64,000 nucleotides of DNA. Origin: Candidatus Omnitrophota bacterium. Its GTDB lineage: Bacteria > Omnitrophota > Gorgyraeia > JAGLLT01. Under the pieces are notes generated by a model. The model did not search any database, was not told where the DNA came from, and worked only from the letters and a program-made list of their open reading frames with translations. The first letter of the stretch is position 1, and each line of letters opens with the position of its first letter. Location of the stretch: contig DAOVJY010000003.1 in the NCBI GenBank assembly GCA_030632085.1, positions 23,809-87,808 on the forward strand, read 5' to 3'. Below are positions 44,838 through 53,946 of this stretch, piece by piece. The position numbers and the translations under genes were made by a program.

Positions 44838-45485
44838 ATGGCAAAAACACTACTAATTACAAGACCAGAGCATGATTGTGCAACTATCTATCTTTCCAAA
44901 TGGAGCAAAGAAATAATACAAAAAGCAAAAAAGAAAGGGCTTTGCGTTATAGATCTTCACCGTGATAAGGCAAATAGAGATAGAGTTGTTGGAACTTTAG
45001 AAAAAACAAATCCTAAATTAGTCGTTTTAAATGGTCATGGAAGTGAAAATTCTGTTAAGGGCCACAAGGATGAGGTTATTTTGAAGATCGATGATAAGAA
45101 AGCCATTAAAGATAAAATTATCTATGCACGTTCTTGTAAGTCTGCAAAAAAATTAGGACAAAAAATCATTACTAATGGAGCAAGGGCTTATCTGGGATAT
45201 ACTGAAGATTTTATCTTTACATATAGCGTAAACAAAACATCTAAACCCCTAGAAGATAAAGAGGCAGCTTTGTTTTTAGAACCCTCAAATCGCATTCCTC
45301 TCTCTTTGCTAAAGAATCATACCGCAGGGGAAGCTAACGAACAGTCAAAGGGATTGTTTAAGAAAAATATTGAAAAGCTGTTAGTCGAAGGCCCTTCTTC
45401 CGAGCATTATAGTGCTATTAGTTATTTATACTGGGATATGATTAATCAAGTTTGCCTAGGAGACAAAGAAGCGGTTCTTGCATAA
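44838..45485 (+). CDS. putative caspase-fold (peptidase C14-like) protein, minimal
   Basis: A hydrophobic strand is followed by HG (LVVLNGHGSEN), then about 50 aa later by IIYARSCKSAKKLG. This is the His/Cys dyad spacing of caspase/metacaspase/CHAT domains. The call rests on motifs only. Confidence 0.35.
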   Translation: MAKTLLITRPEHDCATIYLSKWSKEIIQKAKKKGLCVIDLHRDKANRDRVVGTLEKTNPKLVVLNGHGSENSVKGHKDEVILKIDDKKAIKDKIIYARSCKSAKKLGQKIITNGARAYLGYTEDFIFTYSVNKTSKPLEDKEAALFLEPSNRIPLSLLKNHTAGEANEQSKGLFKKNIEKLLVEGPSSEHYSAISYLYWDMINQVCLGDKEAVLA

Positions 45486-45697
45486 CTTTTTGCTACTGAT
45501 TGTTACAATGTGCCTACCCGAGCAAAATTTTTTTCGGTAACAACTTATCTCCAAACAGTAATGCTTAATTATTCCCTGAGTGGGTATTTAAACAAGTGTT
45601 AAATTAGCTTCTTCAAATAGCACTTTTATAATACTTAAATCAATTTCAAGGCTAATATCCCTGTTGCGAAACAAGTCATATATGGGGAGCCAAAATC

Positions 45698-45740
45698 AAA
45701 AAAAGGTCCGCTCATTAATTTGGGCGGATTTTTTTATTTT
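45698..45740 (+). terminator. terminator-like hairpin immediately after the GGGGAGCCAAAAT repeat
   Basis: AAAAAAAGGTCCGC-loop-GGCGGATTTTTTTATTTT. Confidence 0.5.
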
Positions 45741-45876
45741 AAGGACAAGAGAGCGTAAGCCCAAAAAGGGGTTTTAAGGGGAAAATTATTATTTTGCTAT
45801 TGACAGAATAAGCAATGTATGTTAATATACTGTTCGTATGTTAAATATGTTTACTTATTTTTAAAGGAGCAAACAA

Positions 45877-46089
45877 ATGAACGACAAGAAGGAAAGATTT
45901 AAAAGGTTGGCAACAAAAAGGACTAATACTATCCTGCAGAAAATTAAAGTATTAGGAAATTGTTCCAATAGGCAGATATACGACTATACCGAAGAGCAAA
46001 TAAATAGTATTTTTTTTGTAATAGAAAGAAAAGTTAAAGAGGCTAAAGCAAAGTTTCATTTTTCGAAAGAAGATAAATTTAAATTATAA
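45877..46089 (+). CDS. small hypothetical protein upstream of the GHKL ATPase
   Basis: ORF of 70 aa. An AAAGGAGCAAACAAATG RBS precedes it and an AGGAG RBS follows for the next gene. Confidence 0.4.
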   Translation: MNDKKERFKRLATKRTNTILQKIKVLGNCSNRQIYDYTEEQINSIFFVIERKVKEAKAKFHFSKEDKFKL

Positions 46090-46104
46090 GATTAGGAGAT
46101 TACC

Positions 46105-48507
46105 ATGGATACAAAGAAACTATTTTGGTCAATATTTAGCGCCAAAGATGAAGCTGCATTACATAATATAGTTTTACGGAATGAGTTGTTAAGTAATAAT
46201 CATAATTGGTTTCCCTATGGTGGCAGAGATAAAAATGACAGAAGTAATTTTGGTACTTTTGAAAATCAACAAAGTAATCCTGTGCCGGCATTAATAGAAA
46301 AGGTAACCAATTCCATAGACTCTCTTCTATTAAAACAATGTAAATTAATGAAAATTGACCCTAAGTCAAAAGAAGCTCCTTCGAATATGGCTATCGCGGT
46401 TGAGAAATTTTTCGATATAAAAAATGGCGATTTTAGTGAAATATCGCAATCTGGGCGGAGAAGCATTGCAGAAGATATTCAGGTTATAGCTGAAGGTGAT
46501 AAGCAAATGCCCAATTTGTTGATATATGATTATGGCGAAGGCCAGCATCCAGACGACTTTCATAAGACGTTTCTGTCTCTTTCCAGGTGTAATAAAACAG
46601 ATATACCCTTTGTGCAAGGAAAATATAATATGGGATCCACTGGAGCAGTAATATTTTGTGGAGACCATAGGTATCAGTTGATTGCTTCAAAATTATGCAA
46701 CGAATTAAATACAAAAGCATCTAATGATTTTGGTTTTACTTTGGTAAGAAAACACCCTTTAACTGAAGAAGAAGAGGGGCGCTTAAAAAGTAGTTGGTAT
46801 GAATATTTTACTATTGATGGAAAGATCCCGCGCTTCAGTATTAAAGAGATAGATTTAGGCTTATACAAAAGAAAATTTACAACAGGAGCTATCGTCAAGC
46901 TATATTCTTATGGATTACCTAAGGGCTCACGATCATATGTTACGTGGGATCTTTGGAGAGATTTTAATCATTATTTATATCATCCGGCTTTACCTTTTCT
47001 AGTTTATGAAAAAAGGTGGTCAAATCAAAAAACTCCATCTAAGCCTGTATTGGGTAACAAAATCAGACTAACGCTTGATGATAGAGACAAGAAGGAGGAT
47101 GAGAGTCTCACTATAACAATTTCGGATTCTAAAATAGGTGAAGTTCCAATAGAGACACATGTTTTTAAACAACATGTTGACCAAAAGGAATTCATTAATA
47201 ACAAAGCTGTGGTTTTTACGCAAAATGGCCAAGTTCATGGATTTTTGACAAGATCATTTATTTCTAAAGTCCTTGGTTTTCCTTTATTACGGGATCATAT
47301 GCTAATACAAGTTAATTGTACCAAGATTAAAACATCTGTTCGCCAAGATCTCTTTAAGGGGTCAAGAGATAGGTTGAATGAAGGCATAAAAACAGAACTA
47401 TTAATAGATAAAATTACTGTTGCATTGAGAGATAATGAAAAATTAAAGCTGCTAAATCAAAATCGAAAAAATAGAATATTGAGAGAAAGCACTGAAGATA
47501 AAAACTTACTGGCAACCGTGCTAACTAATCTTTCCATTGATAAAGAAATAATGAAGTTACTTAAAAATAATGAGGAATTTAATTTATTTAAGAAACTAAA
47601 TAAATTTAAGAAGGAAGATAAAGCTGATAAGCAAAAAGAGAACAAAAAAGCAAAATATATTTCCAAAAGGTTCCCATCTATATTCAAAATCAATATAGAT
47701 GAAAATGGCTTCGGGAAAAAACTAAAAAGCGTTCCTTTGGGTGGGAAGGGAATAATTAGGTTTGCGACAGATGTTGAAGACGAATATCTTTTTAGACCTA
47801 AGGAAAAGGGAGAATTGGAACTTGCTGTTCTCGGCATAAAATCTAATGGAGGCGGCGGAGATGATGGCTCAAACCCTTCTAAAGTAGAGGATATATTCGA
47901 TATTACTAAAGCAGGGCCAACAGACAATTCAATAAAAATTACATTTGAACCTAAAGCCAATGTGAACGTTGGCGATGAAATCGAATTAAAAGCTCGACTA
48001 TCTTCTCCGAGCGGAGATTTAGAATCAATATTTTGGGTACGGATTATAGATCCGCAACAAACAGGTCAAAAAGTTAAAGAAAATAAGGAAAAAGATAATA
48101 TTGCACCCCCAATTCCTATTAGAGTTTTTGAGTATGCAGAAAAAAAAGAAGATAAAACGTGGGAAGATTATGGCTGGGGCGGCAATGATATAACTAAAAT
48201 TATTACATCGCAAGTTGGGAAGGGTGAAACAGCAATAGAAGCTATAGCAGTTAATATGGGTTGTTTTGCATTAAAGAGATTCCTTTCTAAGAAGCAGTTT
48301 AAAACAGAAGAAGAAATAAGAACAATTAAAAACAAATTTTTCATAACTGTATATCTACACAGCCTGTTTCTATACAGCATTCTTGATAGAATAAATAAAG
48401 ACGAAAATTGTGACACAGAGATAGATCCAGATGATATTGTTCCGATAATTTTTAAACCTTATAGCAACTTTCTTCTTTCTTCGAGTATGATTGAAAGTTT
48501 GATATAA
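46105..48507 (+). CDS. GHKL-family (HATPase_c_3-like) ATPase domain protein, 800 aa, with an uncharacterised C-terminal region
   Basis: N-box-like VPALIEKVTNSIDSLL. G1 LLIYDYGEGQHPDDF. G2 GKYNMGSTGAVIF. These are Bergerat-fold ATP-binding motifs in the first 200 aa or so. The remainder has no recognisable motif apart from a Gly-rich GGGGDDG segment. Confidence 0.5.
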   Translation: MDTKKLFWSIFSAKDEAALHNIVLRNELLSNNHNWFPYGGRDKNDRSNFGTFENQQSNPVPALIEKVTNSIDSLLLKQCKLMKIDPKSKEAPSNMAIAVEKFFDIKNGDFSEISQSGRRSIAEDIQVIAEGDKQMPNLLIYDYGEGQHPDDFHKTFLSLSRCNKTDIPFVQGKYNMGSTGAVIFCGDHRYQLIASKLCNELNTKASNDFGFTLVRKHPLTEEEEGRLKSSWYEYFTIDGKIPRFSIKEIDLGLYKRKFTTGAIVKLYSYGLPKGSRSYVTWDLWRDFNHYLYHPALPFLVYEKRWSNQKTPSKPVLGNKIRLTLDDRDKKEDESLTITISDSKIGEVPIETHVFKQHVDQKEFINNKAVVFTQNGQVHGFLTRSFISKVLGFPLLRDHMLIQVNCTKIKTSVRQDLFKGSRDRLNEGIKTELLIDKITVALRDNEKLKLLNQNRKNRILRESTEDKNLLATVLTNLSIDKEIMKLLKNNEEFNLFKKLNKFKKEDKADKQKENKKAKYISKRFPSIFKINIDENGFGKKLKSVPLGGKGIIRFATDVEDEYLFRPKEKGELELAVLGIKSNGGGGDDGSNPSKVEDIFDITKAGPTDNSIKITFEPKANVNVGDEIELKARLSSPSGDLESIFWVRIIDPQQTGQKVKENKEKDNIAPPIPIRVFEYAEKKEDKTWEDYGWGGNDITKIITSQVGKGETAIEAIAVNMGCFALKRFLSKKQFKTEEEIRTIKNKFFITVYLHSLFLYSILDRINKDENCDTEIDPDDIVPIIFKPYSNFLLSSSMIESLI

Positions 48508-48571
48508 TATACAGAGAAATACAAAGATAAAGAGAGAGGCACCTTTTTATTTATAAATAGGAGACAAAAAA

Positions 48572-49276
48572 ATGAAAGAAAAATTGTGTTCTATGGTGAA
48601 TAGGGAAGTAAAATTAAATCATCAAACGTTGAAAGTAGAAAAACAAAACGCGAAAGCTTTAATTGAAGGCTTTTTGAAAAAGTCTGAACCCAAGAGGTGT
48701 TACTCCTCTATATTTACCGCTCATTTAAGGGCAGTGTCACTGCAAAGAGATTTTCGTTGTGTACCAAAATTATTAACAACATTTAGGGCGGGCCCTAGGG
48801 CGATATATCCTTTAAGTTATATTGGCGAGAGTTTGCATGCTGAAGGATATGCGACGAGCGGAACACACATTGCAATTTTAGATCGAATTTTTCATATAGA
48901 AAATAATATGAAAATTTGGGAAAACTTATGCAATAACGGCATCTTCGACATATGGGAACCAGAAGCGCCTTATAATAGTCTTCGCGAAAAAGACGGACTT
49001 CGCGACAAAATTGATCCCATGATTCTCTTGTTAAGAATATTTGAGATTGATAAAGATTTTAGTGATGAAATATATTTAGGTAGATATTCAGACAGCATTG
49101 TAGGGAGTCGCGTTAGAATAATTTGCCCTATAATACCAGCTGATAAAGATGATAAATTTAGTGCTGATTATGACGGAACTTACTACTTCAAAGACATTAT
49201 TGAAAAAATAAGAAACGGGATATCAAATTACTTAATTCAAGAAGAAAAACTGTGTGATACTTCTAAAATGTATTAA
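48572..49276 (+). CDS. hypothetical protein (234 aa), partner of the GHKL ATPase
   Basis: ORF with no recognised motif. It lies in the same orientation 65 nt downstream. Confidence 0.4.
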   Translation: MKEKLCSMVNREVKLNHQTLKVEKQNAKALIEGFLKKSEPKRCYSSIFTAHLRAVSLQRDFRCVPKLLTTFRAGPRAIYPLSYIGESLHAEGYATSGTHIAILDRIFHIENNMKIWENLCNNGIFDIWEPEAPYNSLREKDGLRDKIDPMILLLRIFEIDKDFSDEIYLGRYSDSIVGSRVRIICPIIPADKDDKFSADYDGTYYFKDIIEKIRNGISNYLIQEEKLCDTSKMY

Positions 49277-49492
49277 AGGTTCCACCGAATGAAAATCGGG
49301 AAGATACAATACTTAAATGATCAAGAATGCAAAAAAGCGGGAGGGCAGGTTCTTTGGGAAAGGGTCGTCCAAGATTGATTGAATTTCGTTTCCCTTACGG
49401 ATATACATCTTTGCAAGTAGTTGCATTACTTGAGATTTGATTTTTGAAGTGATAAAATATAGGATAAATAAGGCTTATAGCCTGTAGAAACA

Positions 49493-49846
49493 TTGAAGGG
49501 GGAGGATTTGATGAAAAAAATTAAAACAAAGATGAAAAAGCAAATTACCAAAGCGATAGGAAAGCAGTTTAAAAAGGTTATTGCGAAGAACGTAGATGCT
49601 GCTGACCCAAGCGCTTTAAATGGCGCTGCAAAACTGGCAGAGGAAATAGCTTTAAAGACTTTTGGTATAAAGGCAACTGCAAATGCAAAATCTAAAATGA
49701 CTACATCAAAAACAAAGAGCAAAGAATTTAAAATAAAGATTAAGGGTATGGAAAAAGCAGCATGGGATGCTTTAAAGGGAGCAGAAATAGATAAAGCCCT
49801 TAAGGAGCGATTAAAAGTAGAGGTACGCTTTACTTACAGATTTTAA
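49493..49846 (+). CDS. lysine-rich low-complexity hypothetical protein
   Basis: ORF of 117 aa with a GGGGGA RBS and a composition of K/A/T repeats. Confidence 0.35.
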   Translation: MKGEDLMKKIKTKMKKQITKAIGKQFKKVIAKNVDAADPSALNGAAKLAEEIALKTFGIKATANAKSKMTTSKTKSKEFKIKIKGMEKAAWDALKGAEIDKALKERLKVEVRFTYRF

Positions 49847-50030
49847 CTAAGTGATTACAAAGCGTAAGGCATGAAAAAAGTTCGTTATCTTTTAACTGTA
49901 CATCAAACCAAGCAGATACAGTAAAAAATAACCTCTTTTCTATAATTCTAGGAGGAGCACAATATTTAAAAAAGTCCTAAAAGTTTAATGGGATGTTTTT
50001 GCCTTTTTTGTTATCAACATCGTCTAGTCC

Positions 50031-50179
50031 GGGGAGCCAAAATTTAAAAGGCCGCATGAAAGTGTGGCCTTTTAAATTATTAACCTCTGGAAACTTGACG
50101 AGAACCTACGACTTGAAGAATGGTTCTGACCGAGCAGAGCGAGGAAATGCCGAACAAGTTATTTAAATTCGGCGCCTAC
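50031..50179 (+). repeat. copy 1 of a roughly 150-nt structured direct repeat, beginning with the tRNA-Asn 3' core
   Basis: Aligns with 51178-51330. Three stems are conserved, with compensatory changes in the first (GGCCGCA/TGTGGCC versus GGCCGTG/CGCGGCC). Confidence 0.6.
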
Positions 50180-50498
50180 CCGGAGAGCAAACATTTGTAA
50201 CTTATTTATTTTAAATAAGGTACAATAAGCATACCTTTCTATTTTTAGATGGGCTTTTTCTTTGGTTTGCTGTAAAATTTAAAGATTTATAAGTAATTAA
50301 GTTAATGGTATTGAATTTAGTGATTAGTGTGGTATAATTGGTATAGATGGAATGAGGAAATGTACTAGACAAAAAGTTCTTGACAGATTGAATGTTATAA
50401 GGTAATATTACTTATCATCCCAGCGAAGTCTCGTATTTCGTTGGCCCCGAATTCCTTAATGGATTCGGGTTTTTTTATATATAAAATGGAGAGAAAAT

Positions 50499-51110
50499 GT
50501 GAATAGAGTTGCTGTTTTTGTTGACGGGTTTAATCTTTATCACGCCTTGGACTGTGATTTAGTATACCATAAATATAAATGGTTAGACCTTGAAAAGTTT
50601 TCAAAATGCTTTACTTTACCTGGAGATACCCTTGGTGATGTTTTATATTTTACTGCATATATAACTTGGAACTCTCAAAAATTAGCTAAGCATCAAATTT
50701 ATATCAAAGCTCTGCAATTAGTTGGTGTCACTCCTGTCTTTGGAGCCTTTAGAATGAAAGATACTGTTTGTCGAATATGCCATAGAGCATATAAAAAACC
50801 TGAAGAAAAACAAACAGATGTTAATATTGCGATAAAGCTTTTTGAAACTGCAATATCTGATACTTGGGATACTGCTTTGATTGTATCTGGAGATAGCGAC
50901 CTTATCCCGGCTATACAAGCTGTTAAAAGAACCTTTCCAATCAAAAGAATAGGCATTGTCATACCAATTGGGAGAAGAGCGGAAGAATTGAAAAAAGTTG
51001 CAGATTTTCATAGTAAGGTAAAGCAAAAACATTTAAAAACCTGTCAATTTAATGATGTTATAACGCTTAATAATAATCATACCTTAAAGCGTCCTGATTC
51101 TTGGAAGTAG
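50499..51110 (+). CDS. NYN-domain (LabA/DUF88-like PIN-fold) nuclease
   Basis: N-terminus MNRVAVFVDGFNLYHAL with the conserved D, plus SGDSDL. A cysteine-containing insert CRICHRAY is present. Confidence 0.65.
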   Translation: MNRVAVFVDGFNLYHALDCDLVYHKYKWLDLEKFSKCFTLPGDTLGDVLYFTAYITWNSQKLAKHQIYIKALQLVGVTPVFGAFRMKDTVCRICHRAYKKPEEKQTDVNIAIKLFETAISDTWDTALIVSGDSDLIPAIQAVKRTFPIKRIGIVIPIGRRAEELKKVADFHSKVKQKHLKTCQFNDVITLNNNHTLKRPDSWK

Positions 51111-51177
51111 TTTAAATGAAAAAGGGCAGTTGTATTTCATAGTTAGTATGCAGAAAGTTGCGAATCTCGTTCAATGC

Positions 51178-51330
51178 GGGGAGCCAAAATTTAAAAGGCC
51201 GTGTGAAAGCGCGGCCTTTTAAATTATTAACCTCTGGAAGATTGACGAGAACCTTGTGCCGTAAGGCACAGGTTGAGCGACCGACCGCAGCGAGGAAATG
51301 CCGAACAAGTTATTTGAAGTCGGCGCCTAC
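51178..51330 (+). repeat. copy 2 of the roughly 150-nt structured direct repeat
   Basis: See copy 1. The ORF-track 51158-51382 spans it and is probably spurious. Confidence 0.6.
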
Positions 51331-51649
51331 AAACTTAGCATTATATAGCTTGTTTAAGCGTTTATTTACTTACTCACGTTGATTTCTAAGCATGCTTAGA
51401 CGTTTCTCTTGCAGTCCTCAGCATTCTTATTGCTTTCCTTTTAACTCTTGCCATAGCCGGTAAGGCGGTATCAGGGGTAGGCTTAAAATAGTGACAAATT
51501 AGTAGAAATAGTGTACAATACATGCTCGTTACATAGTAATTAATAAAATGAAGATGTTTAAAGACCGCTAGGTTTAGAAGCATTTGCCTAAGTGGTTTTT
51601 ATTTTTTAACACAATTAAACAAATAAACACAAAAGTAGGTTATTAGATT

Positions 51650-53266
51650 ATGATTTCAGCTAATGGTGTATCGTTGCGTTATGGAAAACGCACTCTTTTT
51701 TTAGATGTAAATATAACTTTTTCTCCCGGGAATTGTTACGGGTTGATTGGTGCCAATGGTTCCGGCAAATCAACATTCTTAAAAATACTCTCCGGGGAAG
51801 TTGATTCTACAAAAGGTGATATTGCAGTTTCTCCAGATAAACGGATCTCTGTTTTAGAACAGGATCAGTTTGCTTTTGACGAATATACCGTATTAAACAC
51901 AGTTATTAGGGGACATAAGAAGCTATATGATATTATGATAGAAAGAGATGATATCTGTGCTAATGAAAATTTTTCCGATGAAGATGGAATTCGTCTTGCG
52001 GATCTTGAAGGTGAGTTTGCTGACTTAGATGGGTGGAACGCCGAACCAAACGCGGCTAAATTATTAAGTGATCTAGGAATTCCGGAAGAATTTCATGATT
52101 TGCAGATGAAGCAGCTTGAAGGAGGACGAAAGGTGCGCGTGCTTTTAGCGCAAGCACTATTCGGTAATCCAGACATCTTGTTGCTTGATGAACCTACTAA
52201 TCATCTGGATGTTGAAACGTGCATGTGGCTTGAAGGGTTCTTGTATAATTTTGAAAATATAGCTATTGTTGTTTCGCATGACCGTCATTTTTTAAATAAA
52301 GTTTGTACTCATATCGCGGATATTGATTATGGTAAAATTCAGTTGTATCCGGGAAATTTCAGATTCTGGTTACAATCAAGTCAGCTTGCATTAAAACAAC
52401 GTAACGATTATAATAAAAAGACACTTGAAAAAAGAAAGGAACTTCAGGTATTTATAGCTCGCTTTAGTGCTAATGCGTCTAAATCTAAACAGGCAACTAG
52501 TCGTAAAAGAGCTCTGGAGAAACTTACTCTTGAAGATATAAAACCATCCTCTAGAAAATCTCCCTATATTAATTTTAAGGTTGAAAAGGACGCTGGTAAT
52601 AACCTCTTAAGTATAAAGGGACTCTCAAAATCAGTAGATGGTGTAACTATGTTTAAGGACCTCTCTATAAAGATTGAAAGAAATGATAAGATTGCTTTTG
52701 TTGGATCACAGAACCTTATCAAGTCAACGCTCTTTCGTGTTTTAATGGGTGAGACTCCTGCTGATGAAGGTACTTTTAAATGGGGGGCTGCTACTTCAAG
52801 AGCATATTTTCCTAAGGATAATGCTAAATACTTTGATCTTGACCTTAATATTGTTGAGTGGCTTAGGCAATATATAAGAGCTACTGATGATGCTTCTGTA
52901 CGTGGATTTTTAGGACGTATGTTATTTTCCGGGGAAGAATCTTTAAAGTCAGTTAGGGTATTATCCGGAGGGGAAAAGGTCAGGTGTATTCTAGCGCGTA
53001 TGATGCTGGTGCAGGGCAATGTATTGATCTTGGATGAACCAACCAACCATTTGGACTTAGAATCAATAGCATCTCTAAATAAAGCCCTAGAGGAATTTCC
53101 AGGAACAATTCTATTCTCTTCTCATGACCATCAGCTTGTGCAAACTGTTGCCAATCGTATTATTGAAATTACCCCCCATGGTTTTGTGGATAGGGTAATG
53201 ACAACATATGATGAATATTTGTCTGATAAATCGGTTAAAAAGCAGCTTCAGAAACTCTACCCTTAG
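51650..53266 (+). CDS. ABC-F family ATPase (tandem ABC domains, no TMD; translation-factor-like)
   Basis: Two Walker A motifs (GANGSGKST; second domain GSQNLIKST), two LSGGE signatures and an inter-domain linker. Confidence 0.75.
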   Translation: MISANGVSLRYGKRTLFLDVNITFSPGNCYGLIGANGSGKSTFLKILSGEVDSTKGDIAVSPDKRISVLEQDQFAFDEYTVLNTVIRGHKKLYDIMIERDDICANENFSDEDGIRLADLEGEFADLDGWNAEPNAAKLLSDLGIPEEFHDLQMKQLEGGRKVRVLLAQALFGNPDILLLDEPTNHLDVETCMWLEGFLYNFENIAIVVSHDRHFLNKVCTHIADIDYGKIQLYPGNFRFWLQSSQLALKQRNDYNKKTLEKRKELQVFIARFSANASKSKQATSRKRALEKLTLEDIKPSSRKSPYINFKVEKDAGNNLLSIKGLSKSVDGVTMFKDLSIKIERNDKIAFVGSQNLIKSTLFRVLMGETPADEGTFKWGAATSRAYFPKDNAKYFDLDLNIVEWLRQYIRATDDASVRGFLGRMLFSGEESLKSVRVLSGGEKVRCILARMMLVQGNVLILDEPTNHLDLESIASLNKALEEFPGTILFSSHDHQLVQTVANRIIEITPHGFVDRVMTTYDEYLSDKSVKKQLQKLYP

Positions 53267-53608
53267 CCTCATTCCGCCCTTTAAAATGAAAAATTGTGAA
53301 TCTTGTCTATAATGAAAAAATGGGTTACACCTATTTTTAAATTATTAAACTCTGAAAGAAGGAACTTTTATGCTAAAAGTGTCGATAATATTTTACACTA
53401 TCAGCTTGACTTTTTTGTGTGTAAAAAAATCAAACAAATGCTTAATGCATAATTTAGTTGACAAATAGAGAAAAATAGTAGATGCTATATACAGTAGTAA
53501 ATGAGGGAATTGAAGTTTTAGTCTGCAAAAGAACAAAAGTTTCGTGTTGCGATTTTTTATTTCTGCCGTTATTTACTAAAATTTTGGAAGAAGGAGGTAC
53601 AGTAAGTA

Positions 53609-53812
53609 ATGGCAACAGGAAAAGTTAAATGGTTCAGTGATCAAAAGGGTTATGGTTTTATAACGCCGGATGACGGAAGCAAAGATTGTTTTGTTCACCA
53701 CAGTGTAATTCAGGGTGATGGCTTCAAAAGTTTAGGCGAAGGCCAGGCAGTCGAATTCGAAGTTGAAGACGGCCCTAAAGGTCCACAGGCCACAAAAGTA
53801 ACAAAAATATAA
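53609..53812 (+). CDS. cold-shock protein (CspA family)
   Basis: [28 protein letters not shown] carries the RNP1/RNP2 motifs. Confidence 0.85.
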   Translation: MATGKVKWFSDQKGYGFITPDDGSKDCFVHHSVIQGDGFKSLGEGQAVEFEVEDGPKGPQATKVTKI

Positions 53813-53827
53813 GTAAAAAAACAAATA

Positions 53828-53863
53828 AAGCCCGGTGAATTATAGCCGGGCTTTATTTATTTG
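53828..53863 (+). terminator. intrinsic terminator after the csp gene
   Basis: AAGCCCGG...CCGGGCTT followed by TATTTATTT. Confidence 0.6.
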
Positions 53864-53946
53864 TGCTCCGTTTGTCCTTTGTAACTCGAAGAGCGAAAGA
53901 GGAGAGGGATATTAGGGAGGCGCAATTTAATAATATGGTGTGTTGA

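Larger units (their letters stand above)
39907..51189. mobile_element. tandem array of three integrated elements downstream of tRNA-Asn, each ending at a copy of the tRNA 3'-end core GGGGAGCCAA
   Basis: The core recurs at 39897-39906 (tRNA end), 45684-45693, 50031-50040 and 51178-51187. Segment A is 39907-45695, B is 45696-50042 and C is 50043-51189. The interior is AT-rich. Confidence 0.55.

Noticed and set aside
51158-51382. A 74-aa arginine-rich ORF in the six-frame track.
   Set aside because: It lies entirely within copy 2 of the structured repeat. Its composition reflects the GC-rich RNA-like stems. Copy 1 has no equivalent ORF.
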